Positions 21,251 to 30,834 of a DNA stretch of 64,000 nucleotides are shown here, one piece after another (positions within the stretch are counted from its first letter, which is position 1; every line of letters begins with the position of its first letter). Under the pieces are notes generated by a model. That model saw only the letters and a list, made by a program, of their open reading frames with translations, was not told the origin of the DNA and searched no databases. This stretch comes from an uncultured virus (IMG/VR IMGVR_UViG_2905894795_000003). Taxonomy: Duplodnaviria; Heunggongvirae; Uroviricota; Caudoviricetes. The position numbers and the translations under genes are program-made. The DNA lies in IMG/VR virus record IMGVR_UViG_2905894795_000003; one strand, given 5' to 3'.

Positions 21251-22496
21251 TTAAACCCAACTCCTTTTCAACATCTTTAGCTACAGCCCCAGAAGGCGTG
21301 GCCGCATTTACACTAATGAGCATTTCATCGAGACCATCACAAGGGTTCAGGTCTTCAAAAACGCGCACCTCATTTCGACTCATCCAGCCATCAGTAATCG
21401 CGTAGTGGTACAAAGCGGCACGTTCTTTCGGCGTACCACGTAGCAAACCAGCCAGATTGAATTTTACGTAGTAGCCTGCGGCCCGCTCCTGACGAGTAAA
21501 TATTCGGCGATTTAGCTCCTGCTCCCAGTTAACTACCCAGGGCATGACTGAAAACCTGACGAACTGAATAGACTGTTCGGAGATATTGGAGTACGTAGCC
21601 GCTTCAAGGTCATTAATCATGTGTGCCGGCACGTTAAAAATCCCGGCGATAATGGACCGATTAAGCTTCATCATATCGATTAACTGAGCGTCAACGGGTG
21701 ATACTGTCAGGGCCTTATAATCAAGATCTGCAGGAAGTAAAAGCGTCTTATTCTCCTGGCCTTTGAGTGCGGCGGCGGCCTGCTTCCAGACCGATTTTAA
21801 ACGGTTCCAGGACGCATCTTTAATCTCATTTTTTACTGTCACTATCCCTGCTGGCCGCGCATTACCATTAAAGAAACTTTCCGTATATGCCTGCCCAGAA
21901 AGACCTAATCCAATTGTCTGCGCATGCTGCATGATCGGAGAAAGTCCATACTTGTAATCATTTCCTAATGCCCGGATGTGGATCATGTCATCCATTTGCA
22001 CAGCCCAGGAACCATCCTCCGTATAAACCCCGTACACATACCGCGTACCGTTGCGAACAAGCGAGGTTTCCCACGGCATCCGATGAGCCAACTGGGTAAC
22101 TTCGCCCCGCCTGCTTCGTATGACTTCGGTATAACCGTTTCCCCAGCCCAGGATATGACGCTGTTTAAGCTCCCGCCATTTGTAGGACGTTTCCCAGGCG
22201 TTGGGTTCATCGTGAATAAGATAAAAGGCCGGGTGATCTGTTGCTGCCTCTATATTCCTGCCGGTCTTACGAAGGACGCGCACCGGCATCTGCGCAATAC
22301 TCGACGAGAGGACATAAATACACGCATAAACAGCAGCAAGTTTCATCGCTGTTTCAGGAGATACATAAACGCCACTGAGTAGGCCGCTTACCGCATCTAT
22401 GGTCTCGCCGTTCAACGGCACATTAGGGTTTTCAAGTGAGCCGGGGCCGCTGTTTATATCAGCATCGGATCTAAAAAAGGCATCCAGAAGCATCAT
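21243..22496 (-). CDS. HK97-family portal protein
   Basis: AVYACI, MIHIR, GLSP, FNVPAHMI, GWMSRNEVR. Confidence 0.94.
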   Translation of the reverse strand: MMLLDAFFRSDADINSGPGSLENPNVPLNGETIDAVSGLLSGVYVSPETAMKLAAVYACIYVLSSSIAQMPVRVLRKTGRNIEAATDHPAFYLIHDEPNAWETSYKWRELKQRHILGWGNGYTEVIRSRRGEVTQLAHRMPWETSLVRNGTRYVYGVYTEDGSWAVQMDDMIHIRALGNDYKYGLSPIMQHAQTIGLGLSGQAYTESFFNGNARPAGIVTVKNEIKDASWNRLKSVWKQAAAALKGQENKTLLLPADLDYKALTVSPVDAQLIDMMKLNRSIIAGIFNVPAHMINDLEAATYSNISEQSIQFVRFSVMPWVVNWEQELNRRIFTRQERAAGYYVKFNLAGLLRGTPKERAALYHYAITDGWMSRNEVRVFEDLNPCDGLDEMLISVNAATPSGAVAKDVEKELGLNE

Positions 22497-22642
22497 TGCC
22501 CCCTTTTACGCGCCAGCGCCAGACCAGTAATCAGCATTCCTGAACCAGCAACAGCAAGGCCAGCAACAATCCCCCAGCGAAGATAAGCCGCAGCAATGAG
22601 CATTCCAAAGCCAACAAGCCCCAGGTAATCGTGTAGTTTCAT
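22493..22642 (-). CDS. small membrane protein between terL and portal (not in ORF track)
   Basis: Hand-translated [49 protein letters not shown]; overlaps both neighbours. Confidence 0.65.
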   Translation of the reverse strand: MKLHDYLGLVGFGMLIAAAYLRWGIVAGLAVAGSGMLITGLALARKRGQ

Positions 22643-24372
22643 AAAAAAAGTAAATCCTCATCAGGATCGAGATTTGCGAGAAAATCGGTAGGTTCATGCA
22701 ATATGGCGCGTCCAATCGCCATTATTAGCGCTACAGCTCCGTCAATCTTGTTTTCTGACTGCTCTTTGATGGGTCGAACAACGTCATCATTTCCGGGAAG
22801 TGTTTTGCCTACAACATTACTGATACACCAGCTCAGTATTGGATTTCCGTCATGGTGAAATCGCCCGGATTCTATAGCCGCTTCCAGCTCCTTCATGGGA
22901 TCCGACATACTGGTGTAATTCTGGATGATGGTAATGGGATTAAGCCCTTCATCCTCCAGATCGTGGGATAATCCTGTAGCACCAGACGGATCGATGGGGG
23001 ACTCTGTAACCGGGTTTAGCCGATTGGCCGCTTTGGCCTCTTCCAGGATATACCGATAATCCACCTCCGCGCCGTCAGTGACGGTCAGCAGCCCCATTTC
23101 TACCCACTTCTGAAATCGTTCAGCTGTTCGCCTGTCCTCATTTTTTTCAGTACTGTAAACCGTGTCATACGGCACCCAAAACTTAGGCGAGACACTGTAG
23201 AAATGACGCTTCCCGTCAATTTCTCGCGTAAACAACCGCGCCATGCTGTTGAGATCGAGTTTCCGCGCAAGGTCAAAAGAAAGAATGCAGGGTTGTCCCT
23301 CAAACATCTCAAGAGTAAGGGTTTTGTCCTCGCATTTTTGCCAGCTAATAAGGTTGTAATAAGCAGCCCTTGCAGCAACCCACACATTAAGATGTTTCGT
23401 CTTAAAAATGCTGGCCTGCCGGGCATTGTTTATTGCTCGCTGTTGCTGGCTCAGGAGGAAATCACGATAAACCGATACGCCCATATTGGGATTGGCTTTC
23501 GCCAGCACTGCCGGAGAAGTCCAATCATCGCCCTCATCTATCGTATAAATCACGCCAAAAAGCTCATCGTTCGGCACAGAGCCGCTTAGCATTTCAATTA
23601 CTTCACGGCGCTTGTCATAACACGGGCCTTCGATATTGAAGCCCGCTGTAGTGATAGCCCACATCAGAGGCTGACGACGCGCCCCCATACCAGTAAGCAT
23701 TGTGGTATAGAGCGCATCGGTCTGGTGCTCATGGTACTCATCGACGATGGCGCAGTGAGGCGAGGAGCCATCGCCAGGATTGCCTATCAATGGCTCAAAA
23801 CGAGCGCCATCTTCAGGCCGGTTTAAGTTTGAGGCATTGACTTCTATTCCGAATGCCTCAACCAGCATCGGGGTACGTTTACACATTATTCGGGCGGGGC
23901 GGAAAACCTCCCATGCCTGCTTTTCGGTCGTTGCGCCAGAGTAAACCTCAGCGCCAAATTCTGAATCGCATGTAAAGCAAAACAGCGCTACCCCAGCTGA
24001 TATGGCTGATTTACCGTTTTTCCGTGGAATCTCGGTATAAACTTCACGGAAGCGGCGCAATTTGGATCCTTTATGAACCCAACCAAAAGCACAGCAGACG
24101 ATGAACAATTGCCAGGGTTCAAGCGTTATAGGCATACGCTTAAACGCCCACTCACCCTTTGTGTGAGGCAATAGCTGGATAAACTTCGCCGCCTTTTCGG
24201 CACGGTCTTTATCAAACCGAAACCGAAATTTTTTACTCTTCTCGACGGCCAAATCGTCAATATGGCGCTGGCAAGCCTGAATGACATAGCTACAAGCCGG
24301 AATCTTCCCCCTGACCACATCGCGGGCATACTGATTCGCGGCATTGACGCTAGGGTAAGTTTTACGACTCAT
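22639..24372 (-). CDS. terL: terminase large subunit
   Basis: PRKNGKS Walker A, IVDEYH, ITTAG, KIDGAVA. Confidence 0.96.
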   Translation of the reverse strand: MSRKTYPSVNAANQYARDVVRGKIPACSYVIQACQRHIDDLAVEKSKKFRFRFDKDRAEKAAKFIQLLPHTKGEWAFKRMPITLEPWQLFIVCCAFGWVHKGSKLRRFREVYTEIPRKNGKSAISAGVALFCFTCDSEFGAEVYSGATTEKQAWEVFRPARIMCKRTPMLVEAFGIEVNASNLNRPEDGARFEPLIGNPGDGSSPHCAIVDEYHEHQTDALYTTMLTGMGARRQPLMWAITTAGFNIEGPCYDKRREVIEMLSGSVPNDELFGVIYTIDEGDDWTSPAVLAKANPNMGVSVYRDFLLSQQQRAINNARQASIFKTKHLNVWVAARAAYYNLISWQKCEDKTLTLEMFEGQPCILSFDLARKLDLNSMARLFTREIDGKRHFYSVSPKFWVPYDTVYSTEKNEDRRTAERFQKWVEMGLLTVTDGAEVDYRYILEEAKAANRLNPVTESPIDPSGATGLSHDLEDEGLNPITIIQNYTSMSDPMKELEAAIESGRFHHDGNPILSWCISNVVGKTLPGNDDVVRPIKEQSENKIDGAVALIMAIGRAILHEPTDFLANLDPDEDLLFL

Positions 24373-24857
24373 GAGTTAATCATCTTGATAAAGGGGTTAT
24401 CTGTCTTTTTGGCACTTGGGCCAATAAGACGCTGGCGACTTGAAGGATCAAGCCCCAGCAGACTACCGAACGTGACAATTTGCCGCATAGCTTCATTGGC
24501 CGCCGTCAACGCAGGGTTCTTCTTTGGCCCACTTTCAGAAGCAACAGTGATCCCATACAGCACCACTTCTTTTTGGGCCTCATGCCAGTTTCTGAATGCA
24601 GTGCAAAAGAGCACAACATTATGTAGATCAGTCACACAGAGCACCCCAGCAGTGCATAACTCTTTCATCACTGTGTCCCACATCTGGCGCTGAACATCAT
24701 CAAACCACTCTGGCGGCTCAGCTTTTGTTACGGGCGTGAAGCTGGGTTCATCTTTATTCAGCGCACGTTTGCCGGGATTGCCAGCAAGTGCCTTTTTGGC
24801 CGTTGGCTTAGGCTTTCTCCCCCTTCCAGGCACTGTAGATTTCCCGGTCATGGGCAT
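24369..24857 (-). CDS. terS: terminase small subunit (P27 family)
   Basis: [28 protein letters not shown]. Confidence 0.93.
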   Translation of the reverse strand: MPMTGKSTVPGRGRKPKPTAKKALAGNPGKRALNKDEPSFTPVTKAEPPEWFDDVQRQMWDTVMKELCTAGVLCVTDLHNVVLFCTAFRNWHEAQKEVVLYGITVASESGPKKNPALTAANEAMRQIVTFGSLLGLDPSSRQRLIGPSAKKTDNPFIKMINS

Positions 24858-24869
24858 TTCCTGAATTTT

Positions 24870-24952
24870 TTAATTTCGCGGGTGCAAAAAATCGTTGGGG
24901 CGGGCAGTCAATTAGGGCTTTGGTCCTGGTGATTTTTATACCCCCCTACCCA
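24870..24952 (-). other. putative cos packaging site
   Basis: Between HNH and terS: GGGTAGGGGGG...CTGCCCGCCCC (24897-24907)...TTTTTGCACCCGCGAAAT, the layout of SfV/P27-like cos regions. Confidence 0.6.
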
Positions 24953-24996
24953 GTCTCGGAGCCGCACGCACCATCTTTGATAGTCATGACCTATCA

Positions 24997-25347
24997 TCAT
25001 TTGAGGCGTTCTCTGGCCGTTTTGGCGCGATGGTGATCCGTGCAGATGCATTCGAGATTGCTTAGCGCATCCGTTCCACCGTGCGCTTTAGCAATCACAT
25101 GGTCAACACTTGAGCCGGGGCGATAAATACCTTCTCGCTTACACTGCTGGCACAGCCCTTTGTCACGCCTCACCACCTGATTACGTAGCTTGCGCCACTC
25201 TGCGCCATAGCCTCGCTCAGTGGCGCTCTGGCCTTTAGAATAGTTTTTCCATCCCTGCCCAACGTGCTTATCGCAGTAGCCGGAAGGATCGACAGTGACA
25301 AATCGGCAACCTCGCACACGACAAGCCTTTTTGATTCTTGGGGGCAT
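24997..25347 (-). CDS. terminase-associated HNH endonuclease
   Basis: RGYG, CQQC, VDHVI..HGG....N...C..HH..KT. Confidence 0.92.
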   Translation of the reverse strand: MPPRIKKACRVRGCRFVTVDPSGYCDKHVGQGWKNYSKGQSATERGYGAEWRKLRNQVVRRDKGLCQQCKREGIYRPGSSVDHVIAKAHGGTDALSNLECICTDHHRAKTARERLK

Positions 25348-25361
25348 AAGCACACTCTTAT

Positions 25362-25790
25362 TTAGTGAAGAAGAAACAGCGCTTTTTCAGCAGCGCGGCG
25401 TTTGACCAGTCCAGGCTGCAAAACGTTTTTGGCAAATACCCAGCGCCCGAACTGGTCAGCAGCGGCAGTAAAGCTGCCCGCGTTCAGCCGGGTCAGCAGC
25501 GTAGACGAGGCCAGATTGCCCCTGCCCAGGTTGAAGGTGAAGCTCACCAGCGCGTCAAACTGATGCTGGTTTAGCTCAACTTTCACCAGACTTTTTACTG
25601 CGTTTTCTGCATCCACCACGTCAGTTATTAGCCAGGCTTCGGCCTGTGCGGCTGTGCAGGTGTCGCCCTCCTTTACGCGAGCAGTGTGGCCGTAACCAAT
25701 CGTCCATACGCCAGCCGGGCAGAGATACGCTTCAGTCCGCAATCCTTCGAACTGCTTAATCAGGTCGAGGCCAGTTTGACTCACGTTCAC
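25362..25790 (-). CDS. endolysin, GH24 lysozyme
   Basis: FEG...YLCPAGVWTIGYGHT, FDALVSFTFNLG, GLVKRR. Confidence 0.94.
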   Translation of the reverse strand: MNVSQTGLDLIKQFEGLRTEAYLCPAGVWTIGYGHTARVKEGDTCTAAQAEAWLITDVVDAENAVKSLVKVELNQHQFDALVSFTFNLGRGNLASSTLLTRLNAGSFTAAADQFGRWVFAKNVLQPGLVKRRAAEKALFLLH

Positions 25791-26124
25791 TTTTATTCCC
25801 CTTCACCAGATGACCGACATTGCCCCGCGCACGCCAGATGGCCATGCACAGCAGGAGGTTTATCAGAACCTCTGTCCAGTCGGTGTAAAAGTATTCGCCG
25901 GTCAACACCCGGATAGTGACCGAAGCAGTAGCTACGGCGAGCAACCAGGCCAGCCAGCCCATTAAGCGGTTATGTTTTGCTTTGCCGCGCCGGAACGTCA
26001 GCAGCCGCATAGATGTGATGGCACAGATAATGGCGTTGGTATTCAACATCAACCATTCGTAGTGCTGTCCGATCCATCCAATCGGATCACTAATGAAACT
26101 CATGAAGCCATTCAGGAAATTCAT
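25756..26124 (-). CDS. putative holin (DUF754-like, 3 TM)
   Basis: RLLTFRR and RARGNV motifs; directly before lysozyme. Confidence 0.75.
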   Translation of the reverse strand: MNFLNGFMSFISDPIGWIGQHYEWLMLNTNAIICAITSMRLLTFRRGKAKHNRLMGWLAWLLAVATASVTIRVLTGEYFYTDWTEVLINLLLCMAIWRARGNVGHLVKGNKSERESNWPRPD

Positions 26125-26492
26125 CAGCCACCCCCGCGAAATCTGGATAACATCGACGGGCCATCTTTGCTGCTGATTGCCATCAGGATTCGGACAACTG
26201 CCGCCGAAGCCACCAGCGCCCCGATGGGCATATCCACTGCTGTGTTATGCGGTGTTACTGCTTCAATCAGGCTTGCAGTAAACGGTGCGGCCACCAGCCC
26301 AATAGCGAAGGACAGCGCACCGAGGAAAAGACGCCACCAGATTTTGAAATCACTGGCTGACGCAACAAAAATTGCAGCACCGGCAAACGCGCCAATGACA
26401 GTCGGGCCGTCAAGCGGGCCGAACAAACTAACAAGGGTTATGCCGGTTACTGCTGCCGTAGTCGCGCCAGCGCCGGTAACGGGTTCGGCCAC
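26124..26492 (-). CDS. putative holin/antiholin
   Basis: Hydrophobic; GAFAGAAIFV; ends RGGG. Confidence 0.75.
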   Translation of the reverse strand: MAEPVTGAGATTAAVTGITLVSLFGPLDGPTVIGAFAGAAIFVASASDFKIWWRLFLGALSFAIGLVAAPFTASLIEAVTPHNTAVDMPIGALVASAAVVRILMAISSKDGPSMLSRFRGGG

Positions 26493-26566
26493 ATTAATTA
26501 CTCCAGAAATGAAAAAGCCCACATGCGCGGGCTTTTAAATATTTATTTAATTTGTTATTTCTGATT

Positions 26567-27022
26567 TTAAGCCTGAACGTCAGGCACTGGCTCATTTACA
26601 TCAGCAGCGGCGGCCTGATCCTGCCCGTTATCTTCGGAATGCTTGTATTGCAGATTGTCTACGTACTTTTGAACAATCGCTTTTGCCGCTTTCTGGTCTT
26701 CTTCCACAATCTGCGCGGCCAGTGTTTGAACAAGATCGGTCTCTTCGGCAGTAGCTGCTGCCTGTAATGGTGCGAAGTAGTCACCGCAGGCAGCCTGAAC
26801 TGCATCAGCATTGTGCAGCGTGATATGCGTCAGAACTTCATTTGCAGCAGCGGCGGCATCATCTGGCGTTACGCCGGTATAGACTTTGCTCACAAGAAGC
26901 GACACAACAGCATCAGAACGCAGCGCCTTTAAAGCGCTTTTCTGTAAGGTTGAGGTTAATGACATTGGTTTGTCCTCTTTGGGTTTGATGAACAGGCTTA
27001 ACAGCCTTCTGATAAAACTCAC
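26567..27022 (-). CDS. hypothetical acidic protein, homolog of 5143..5595
   Basis: Shared motifs with 5143..5595; flanked by terminators. Confidence 0.8.
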   Translation of the reverse strand: MSFIRRLLSLFIKPKEDKPMSLTSTLQKSALKALRSDAVVSLLVSKVYTGVTPDDAAAAANEVLTHITLHNADAVQAACGDYFAPLQAAATAEETDLVQTLAAQIVEEDQKAAKAIVQKYVDNLQYKHSEDNGQDQAAAADVNEPVPDVQA

Positions 27023-27087
27023 GGGTTATCCCTTTTTCAGGGCACAAAAAAACCGCAATTAAGCGGCATTCTTTCGGTTAATGATGG

Positions 27088-27393
27088 CTATCGGCTATAT
27101 GAAGCCCGTTTCGACTCAAGCCCTTTAAGGTATGGCTCAGCCTCCACCAGCTCTTTCATAATATTTGTTTGCTTATCCACCTCTAAGGCAATATCCAGAA
27201 TTGCATCCAGTTCCTTCTTAAACACCTCAACGGATCCTGGAGTTATATTCTCAGGGCCGGAAGCGCCATAAAAGGTCATTTCTGAAAATTGATCCCAGAG
27301 ACGGCTTCGGATTGCATTCCCTGACTTGCAGAGTTCAGTAATATTTTGGCTTGCCTCAGTGTAACGGCCAATTGCGTCATAATTCTTGTTCAT
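27088..27393 (-). CDS. hypothetical protein (NYDAIGRY N terminus)
   Basis: 101-aa ORF with GGGGTG RBS. Confidence 0.65.
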   Translation of the reverse strand: MNKNYDAIGRYTEASQNITELCKSGNAIRSRLWDQFSEMTFYGASGPENITPGSVEVFKKELDAILDIALEVDKQTNIMKELVEAEPYLKGLESKRASYSR

Positions 27394-27458
27394 AACACCC
27401 CTTAAATAATTAAATATTTATTTAAAAACTTGTCACTTTTGGTCATAAGCAGCACATA

Positions 27459-27716
27459 TCAACCTTCTTTCTTATCAGCTCGCTCATTAACAGTCGCAAG
27501 CCATCCCACTACTTCATCATGCGATTTAAGTGCATTGGTAAGTAATAATTTGATTTCGTTCATGGCGCTGTCTGTTACAGATTGATGGTGATAAAAGCGT
27601 ATGTCTGCAATCGCCTTCTCTGCCCTTTCCAGGTCTTCGAGCATTGAAGTCCGAAGCTCAGAAATTCGCGCCTGCGCATCTGGATACTGACTGACTGCTT
27701 CATAGTTCTTAATCAC
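27459..27716 (-). CDS. hypothetical protein (NYEAVSQY N terminus)
   Basis: 85-aa ORF with AGGTG RBS. Confidence 0.65.
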   Translation of the reverse strand: MIKNYEAVSQYPDAQARISELRTSMLEDLERAEKAIADIRFYHHQSVTDSAMNEIKLLLTNALKSHDEVVGWLATVNERADKKEG

Positions 27717-27737
27717 AGCACACCTTTAATTAAAGAT

Positions 27738-28280
27738 TTATTTACTGAGTCGTGTTTTTTCTGCCTGCTGGATAGCGTACAGCTTGCCGTTCGCTTCATC
27801 CAGCGCACTCAATAGCGGGTCTATCCAAAGCACTGCCTGACGGTATGTCAGTTTGCAGGCGGTAACGGTGCGATTACCAGACTCGTTAGCGTTTTCGGAA
27901 GTTCCTCGCACTGCTGCGGCACGTAAACGCTTCGCGTAGTCGAGCAACCCGCAAGCAACAGAATTATCAATAAGCTCATCAGCAGCCTTAACCCTGACCA
28001 GCTTTTCACGGTATATGACAACACGTTTTTCACTCTCCATAGTGGTTGTTTGCGTCTGGCGCTCTGTCGCTGCGGCTATCTCATTAAATCGCTGGAAGGT
28101 TAATGCCCGCTGAGCAATCACCCTAGACTGAAGGTCATTGTCACTTTGCAGTTGACTAGACCTGGATTCAGCCGCCGTTGCTCTGCTGTGAAAAATAACC
28201 ACCAGCACACATAACCCAGCCACCAGCCCAATGAGTGATACGCACAGCCATAACCTGAACGCCTTAAATAGTCCAAACAC
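27738..28280 (-). CDS. inner-membrane spanin (Rz-like)
   Basis: N-terminal TM, coiled coil, embedded lipoprotein gene. Confidence 0.8.
   Translation of the reverse strand: MFGLFKAFRLWLCVSLIGLVAGLCVLVVIFHSRATAAESRSSQLQSDNDLQSRVIAQRALTFQRFNEIAAATERQTQTTTMESEKRVVIYREKLVRVKAADELIDNSVACGLLDYAKRLRAAAVRGTSENANESGNRTVTACKLTYRQAVLWIDPLLSALDEANGKLYAIQQAEKTRLSK
27848..27979 (-). CDS. embedded outer-membrane spanin (Rz1-like)
   Basis: MSLLIILLLAGC lipobox and Pro-rich tail in an alternative frame. Confidence 0.8.
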   Translation of the reverse strand: MSLLIILLLAGCSTTRSVYVPQQCEELPKTLTSLVIAPLPPAN

Positions 28281-28296
28281 TGCATATCTCCACAGT

Positions 28297-28324
28297 AAAA
28301 AGCCCCGCTGCAAGGCGAGGCTTT
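28297..28324 (-). terminator. intrinsic terminator in late leader
   Basis: GC hairpin followed by T-run on the minus strand. Confidence 0.65.
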
Positions 28325-28441
28325 AGCCGATACGTAGATGTTGGCGTGGGTCATGGCTCAACCGGCGCACGTAAAGGTTTCCGTTGAGGCGTGGCACACG
28401 CCAACATCTACGGATCGGGTTTTGAATAAAATAAGTCTTTA

Positions 28442-28456
28442 AGAATGTTGTAACTA
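28442..28456 (+). promoter_or_regulatory. Tus-binding Ter-like replication terminator
   Basis: AGAATGTTGTAACTA fits consensus AGNATGTTGTAACTA. Confidence 0.65.
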
Positions 28457-28473
28457 GCTCGCCCATTCCAAAT

Positions 28474-28504
28474 AAAAAGCCCGCACTGAGTAAGTACGGG
28501 CTTT
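28474..28504 (-). terminator. tR'-like intrinsic terminator
   Basis: AAAGCCCGTAC...GTGCGGGCTTTTT on minus strand, ~70 nt after the putative late promoter. Confidence 0.7.
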
Positions 28505-28578
28505 CATAGAAGCTGTGAGGAATCAGGTCGCGGACAAACGCCCTTCACTCTGGGCGCGACTTCGTCACGTTAATAAAA

Positions 28579-28607
28579 ACACTAAAGTAAAAGCTCACCT
28601 AATTCAA
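28579..28607 (-). promoter_or_regulatory. putative pR'-like late promoter
   Basis: TTGAAT-17-TAGTGT upstream of two terminators and the late operon. Confidence 0.45.
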
Positions 28608-28804
28608 ACGAAAAATCGCCTATTGAAAAGCCCGGCGCTTATATTTTGATAAATATCAAAATAATTAACCCATACATCGCTTCAATTTGAATTAAAGAAA
28701 GATTTCCTATTTAATCCGAATTGAAGCGGTTAATTCAAAATGGAGCGATTCGGGCAACAGGTTCATTTCCGTGTCCGGTCACAATTGAGCGAGAGGCTAC
28801 AATA

Positions 28805-29101
28805 ATGAAAGTTAACCACGTCGATTACCTGGTATTAGGCGGTGCTAATCACGGCGAAATCTACAACGGGGAAAGAAGGGAAACTTTAACTTTGCGCTCC
28901 AGAGAAGCTATTCGGTCTTTGCCACCCTTCTGTGCCCCTGTATCTGAAGCCATGACGGTAATACCACCCGCAGTAACCTATAAAGTTCATGAGCATCAGG
29001 GGCTGGACGGGAAACGCTACCTGATTGCTACGAATCAGCCACTGACAGATTTCGATATAGACAATGAAATAAGGAAAGCAGGCATTGCGCCCACAGACTG
29101 A
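28805..29101 (+). CDS. hypothetical protein, opposite strand (moron-like)
   Basis: GAGG RBS then ATG 28805; YLVLGGANHGE. Confidence 0.65.
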   Translation: MKVNHVDYLVLGGANHGEIYNGERRETLTLRSREAIRSLPPFCAPVSEAMTVIPPAVTYKVHEHQGLDGKRYLIATNQPLTDFDIDNEIRKAGIAPTD

Positions 29102-29124
29102 TCTTTAATTATTTAATTAAATAA

Positions 29125-29448
29125 CTAAAGCGATAGCGCCAGTGTCAGCGGGCCATAAGTGCGCCAGCAATCAGAATCGCCTTCACAAATGCATTCCGTA
29201 ACTGGCGCTTTATCTCCGCACTTCCTGCAATGCCCCACCAGCAATAGTTGCTCCTGATAACGCACAAAATCCTGACGAAGCAGTAAACCAATATACTCTG
29301 ACGGCGTATAGGCACTACGCCCCGGCCTTCGGGCTGCTGCAAGCTGACTCAGCATATCAATTTCAGCAGCATCAAGACGAAGCTCATAGCGCTTAACACC
29401 GGCTTTCCTGTCCCGCTCCCGCTGGCAGGCTTTGCGATCAGCACTCAT
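29125..29448 (-). CDS. hypothetical phage protein with C-terminal Cys cluster
   Basis: RKACQRER...RRPGR...CRKCGD...C.CEGDSDCW. Confidence 0.7.
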   Translation of the reverse strand: MSADRKACQRERDRKAGVKRYELRLDAAEIDMLSQLAAARRPGRSAYTPSEYIGLLLRQDFVRYQEQLLLVGHCRKCGDKAPVTECICEGDSDCWRTYGPLTLALSL

Positions 29449-29455
29449 ATCAGCC

Positions 29456-29545
29456 TCAGTAGTTAAAGCGCTTAACAACGAGAACCAGCAACGCAATCAG
29501 AGCCAGCACACCAACAAGACCAGCAGCAACTTTAACCATCAACAT
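29456..29545 (-). CDS. 29-aa single-TM peptide (not in ORF track)
   Basis: AGGAG RBS; MLMVKVAAGLVGVLALIALLVLVVKRFNY. Confidence 0.5.
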   Translation of the reverse strand: MLMVKVAAGLVGVLALIALLVLVVKRFNY

Positions 29546-29559
29546 GATTATCTCTCCTA

Positions 29560-29868
29560 TCAACACCCACCAAACGGATCGCCGTTCGTCATGCAGGACG
29601 GACACTCACAACCTTCCCAGTAGTACGGAAAGGCACTATCCAGAAGTACATACCAGCGACGGTGCCGGTCACACCAGAAACATTCCCACGGTAATTTATA
29701 CTCGCGCATCAGTCCACGAATCATCGCCGGGATTGTCTCTGACGGTAACTCCTCTGGTAACAGCTTGCCGGACAACTCCCTTTCCATTCGTGAGAGTTGC
29801 GCCCCCATAGCGCTTACTTCTCGCTTAAGGCGGCTGTTCTCCTCCTGCAACTCAGACTTAGTTGGCAT
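29560..29868 (-). CDS. hypothetical protein, putative zinc-binding
   Basis: Coiled coil then CDRH...CPSC. Confidence 0.65.
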   Translation of the reverse strand: MPTKSELQEENSRLKREVSAMGAQLSRMERELSGKLLPEELPSETIPAMIRGLMREYKLPWECFWCDRHRRWYVLLDSAFPYYWEGCECPSCMTNGDPFGGC

Positions 29869-29871
29869 CGC

Positions 29872-30186
29872 TTATCCGGCATTCTTCAAATCGCGCAACG
29901 TAACGCCATTCAAAGCATTAACCACCAGCTGCGGGGCTTTGTTTGAAGACAGGCAGGCAAGCGTATCAGCAACAGAAATCCTCGCCAGGCTTCGTGCGGG
30001 CATGTATCCACCACCAGGGCCGCGAAGTGATTCGATTAATCCCGCACTGCGCAGACACCGAATAATCTGCTCTATATAGCTAATAGAAATGCCGGTAGCT
30101 TCAGACAAATCATGGGCTGTACAAACGTCCAGCTCATCAAGACTTATCATGATTCTTAAGGCATTAATCTGTTTGTTAGTTAACAT
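29872..30186 (-). CDS. truncated Rrf2-family winged-helix regulator
   Basis: ISISYIEQIIRCLRSAGLIESLRGPGGGY matches the IscR/Rrf2 HTH-wing. Confidence 0.85.
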   Translation of the reverse strand: MLTNKQINALRIMISLDELDVCTAHDLSEATGISISYIEQIIRCLRSAGLIESLRGPGGGYMPARSLARISVADTLACLSSNKAPQLVVNALNGVTLRDLKNAG

Positions 30187-30237
30187 CACCCCCCCAAGCG
30201 ACACGGCGATCAAATAAATATTTAAATAATTAAATGC

Positions 30238-30834
30238 TCATGGCCGCGTGTTAGCATTCAGGCGTTGCGCTTCTGCAATGTTGCGCAGGATGGAGGCGCG
30301 GCAGGCGTTAAAACCGTTGGCAAATCCCACATCGAAAACATCCTCATTGCCGCGAGTCACTTCACCCGGCACCAGCTCCGCCAAGCTAACGGCGGGCGCG
30401 GGGCGGTCGAATAGAGGTGTGACGTGTGGCACTTTGTCGTGCGGGCCTATCTGCCACCAGTTACCCGGGCCGTCCTCGTAAAAGTTGCCAACTGGCTCTT
30501 GCTTCTCAAATTCTGCCAACTTCGCCTCTGCTGCTGCCAGTTTCTGAGATAGCATCATCATGCCGTTGTGGTGCGGCTGCTCTGGCGCTGCAATCGGCGG
30601 CGTGGTGAATATCGGCAGTGTCTGGTTGTACTCACCTGACTTTGGTTCGGCTGACCAGCTTCCACCTGCACGCTTGCCGCGATATTCTTTCAGCGTTGCT
30701 GGATCGATATATCCGATTGGCTTCGCAGTCAGGGCGGCGAGTGCGATTTCATAAATCTGCCTATGCTGCCCAGCACTACCCGCCACCAAAAATTTGAGGA
30801 ACTGAATCAGCGCCTGCTTCTCTTCTGCGTTCAC
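30238..30834 (-). CDS. Eaa/Ea22-like mosaic hypothetical phage protein
   Basis: EIALAAL, KQEPV, GFNACRA modules. Confidence 0.65.
   Translation of the reverse strand: MNAEEKQALIQFLKFLVAGSAGQHRQIYEIALAALTAKPIGYIDPATLKEYRGKRAGGSWSAEPKSGEYNQTLPIFTTPPIAAPEQPHHNGMMMLSQKLAAAEAKLAEFEKQEPVGNFYEDGPGNWWQIGPHDKVPHVTPLFDRPAPAVSLAELVPGEVTRGNEDVFDVGFANGFNACRASILRNIAEAQRLNANTRP

Noticed and set aside
27738..27979. Possible frameshift truncating the o-spanin at PLPPAN
   Set aside because: Short, fully embedded o-spanins under long i-spanins are a normal arrangement, and both frames are intact
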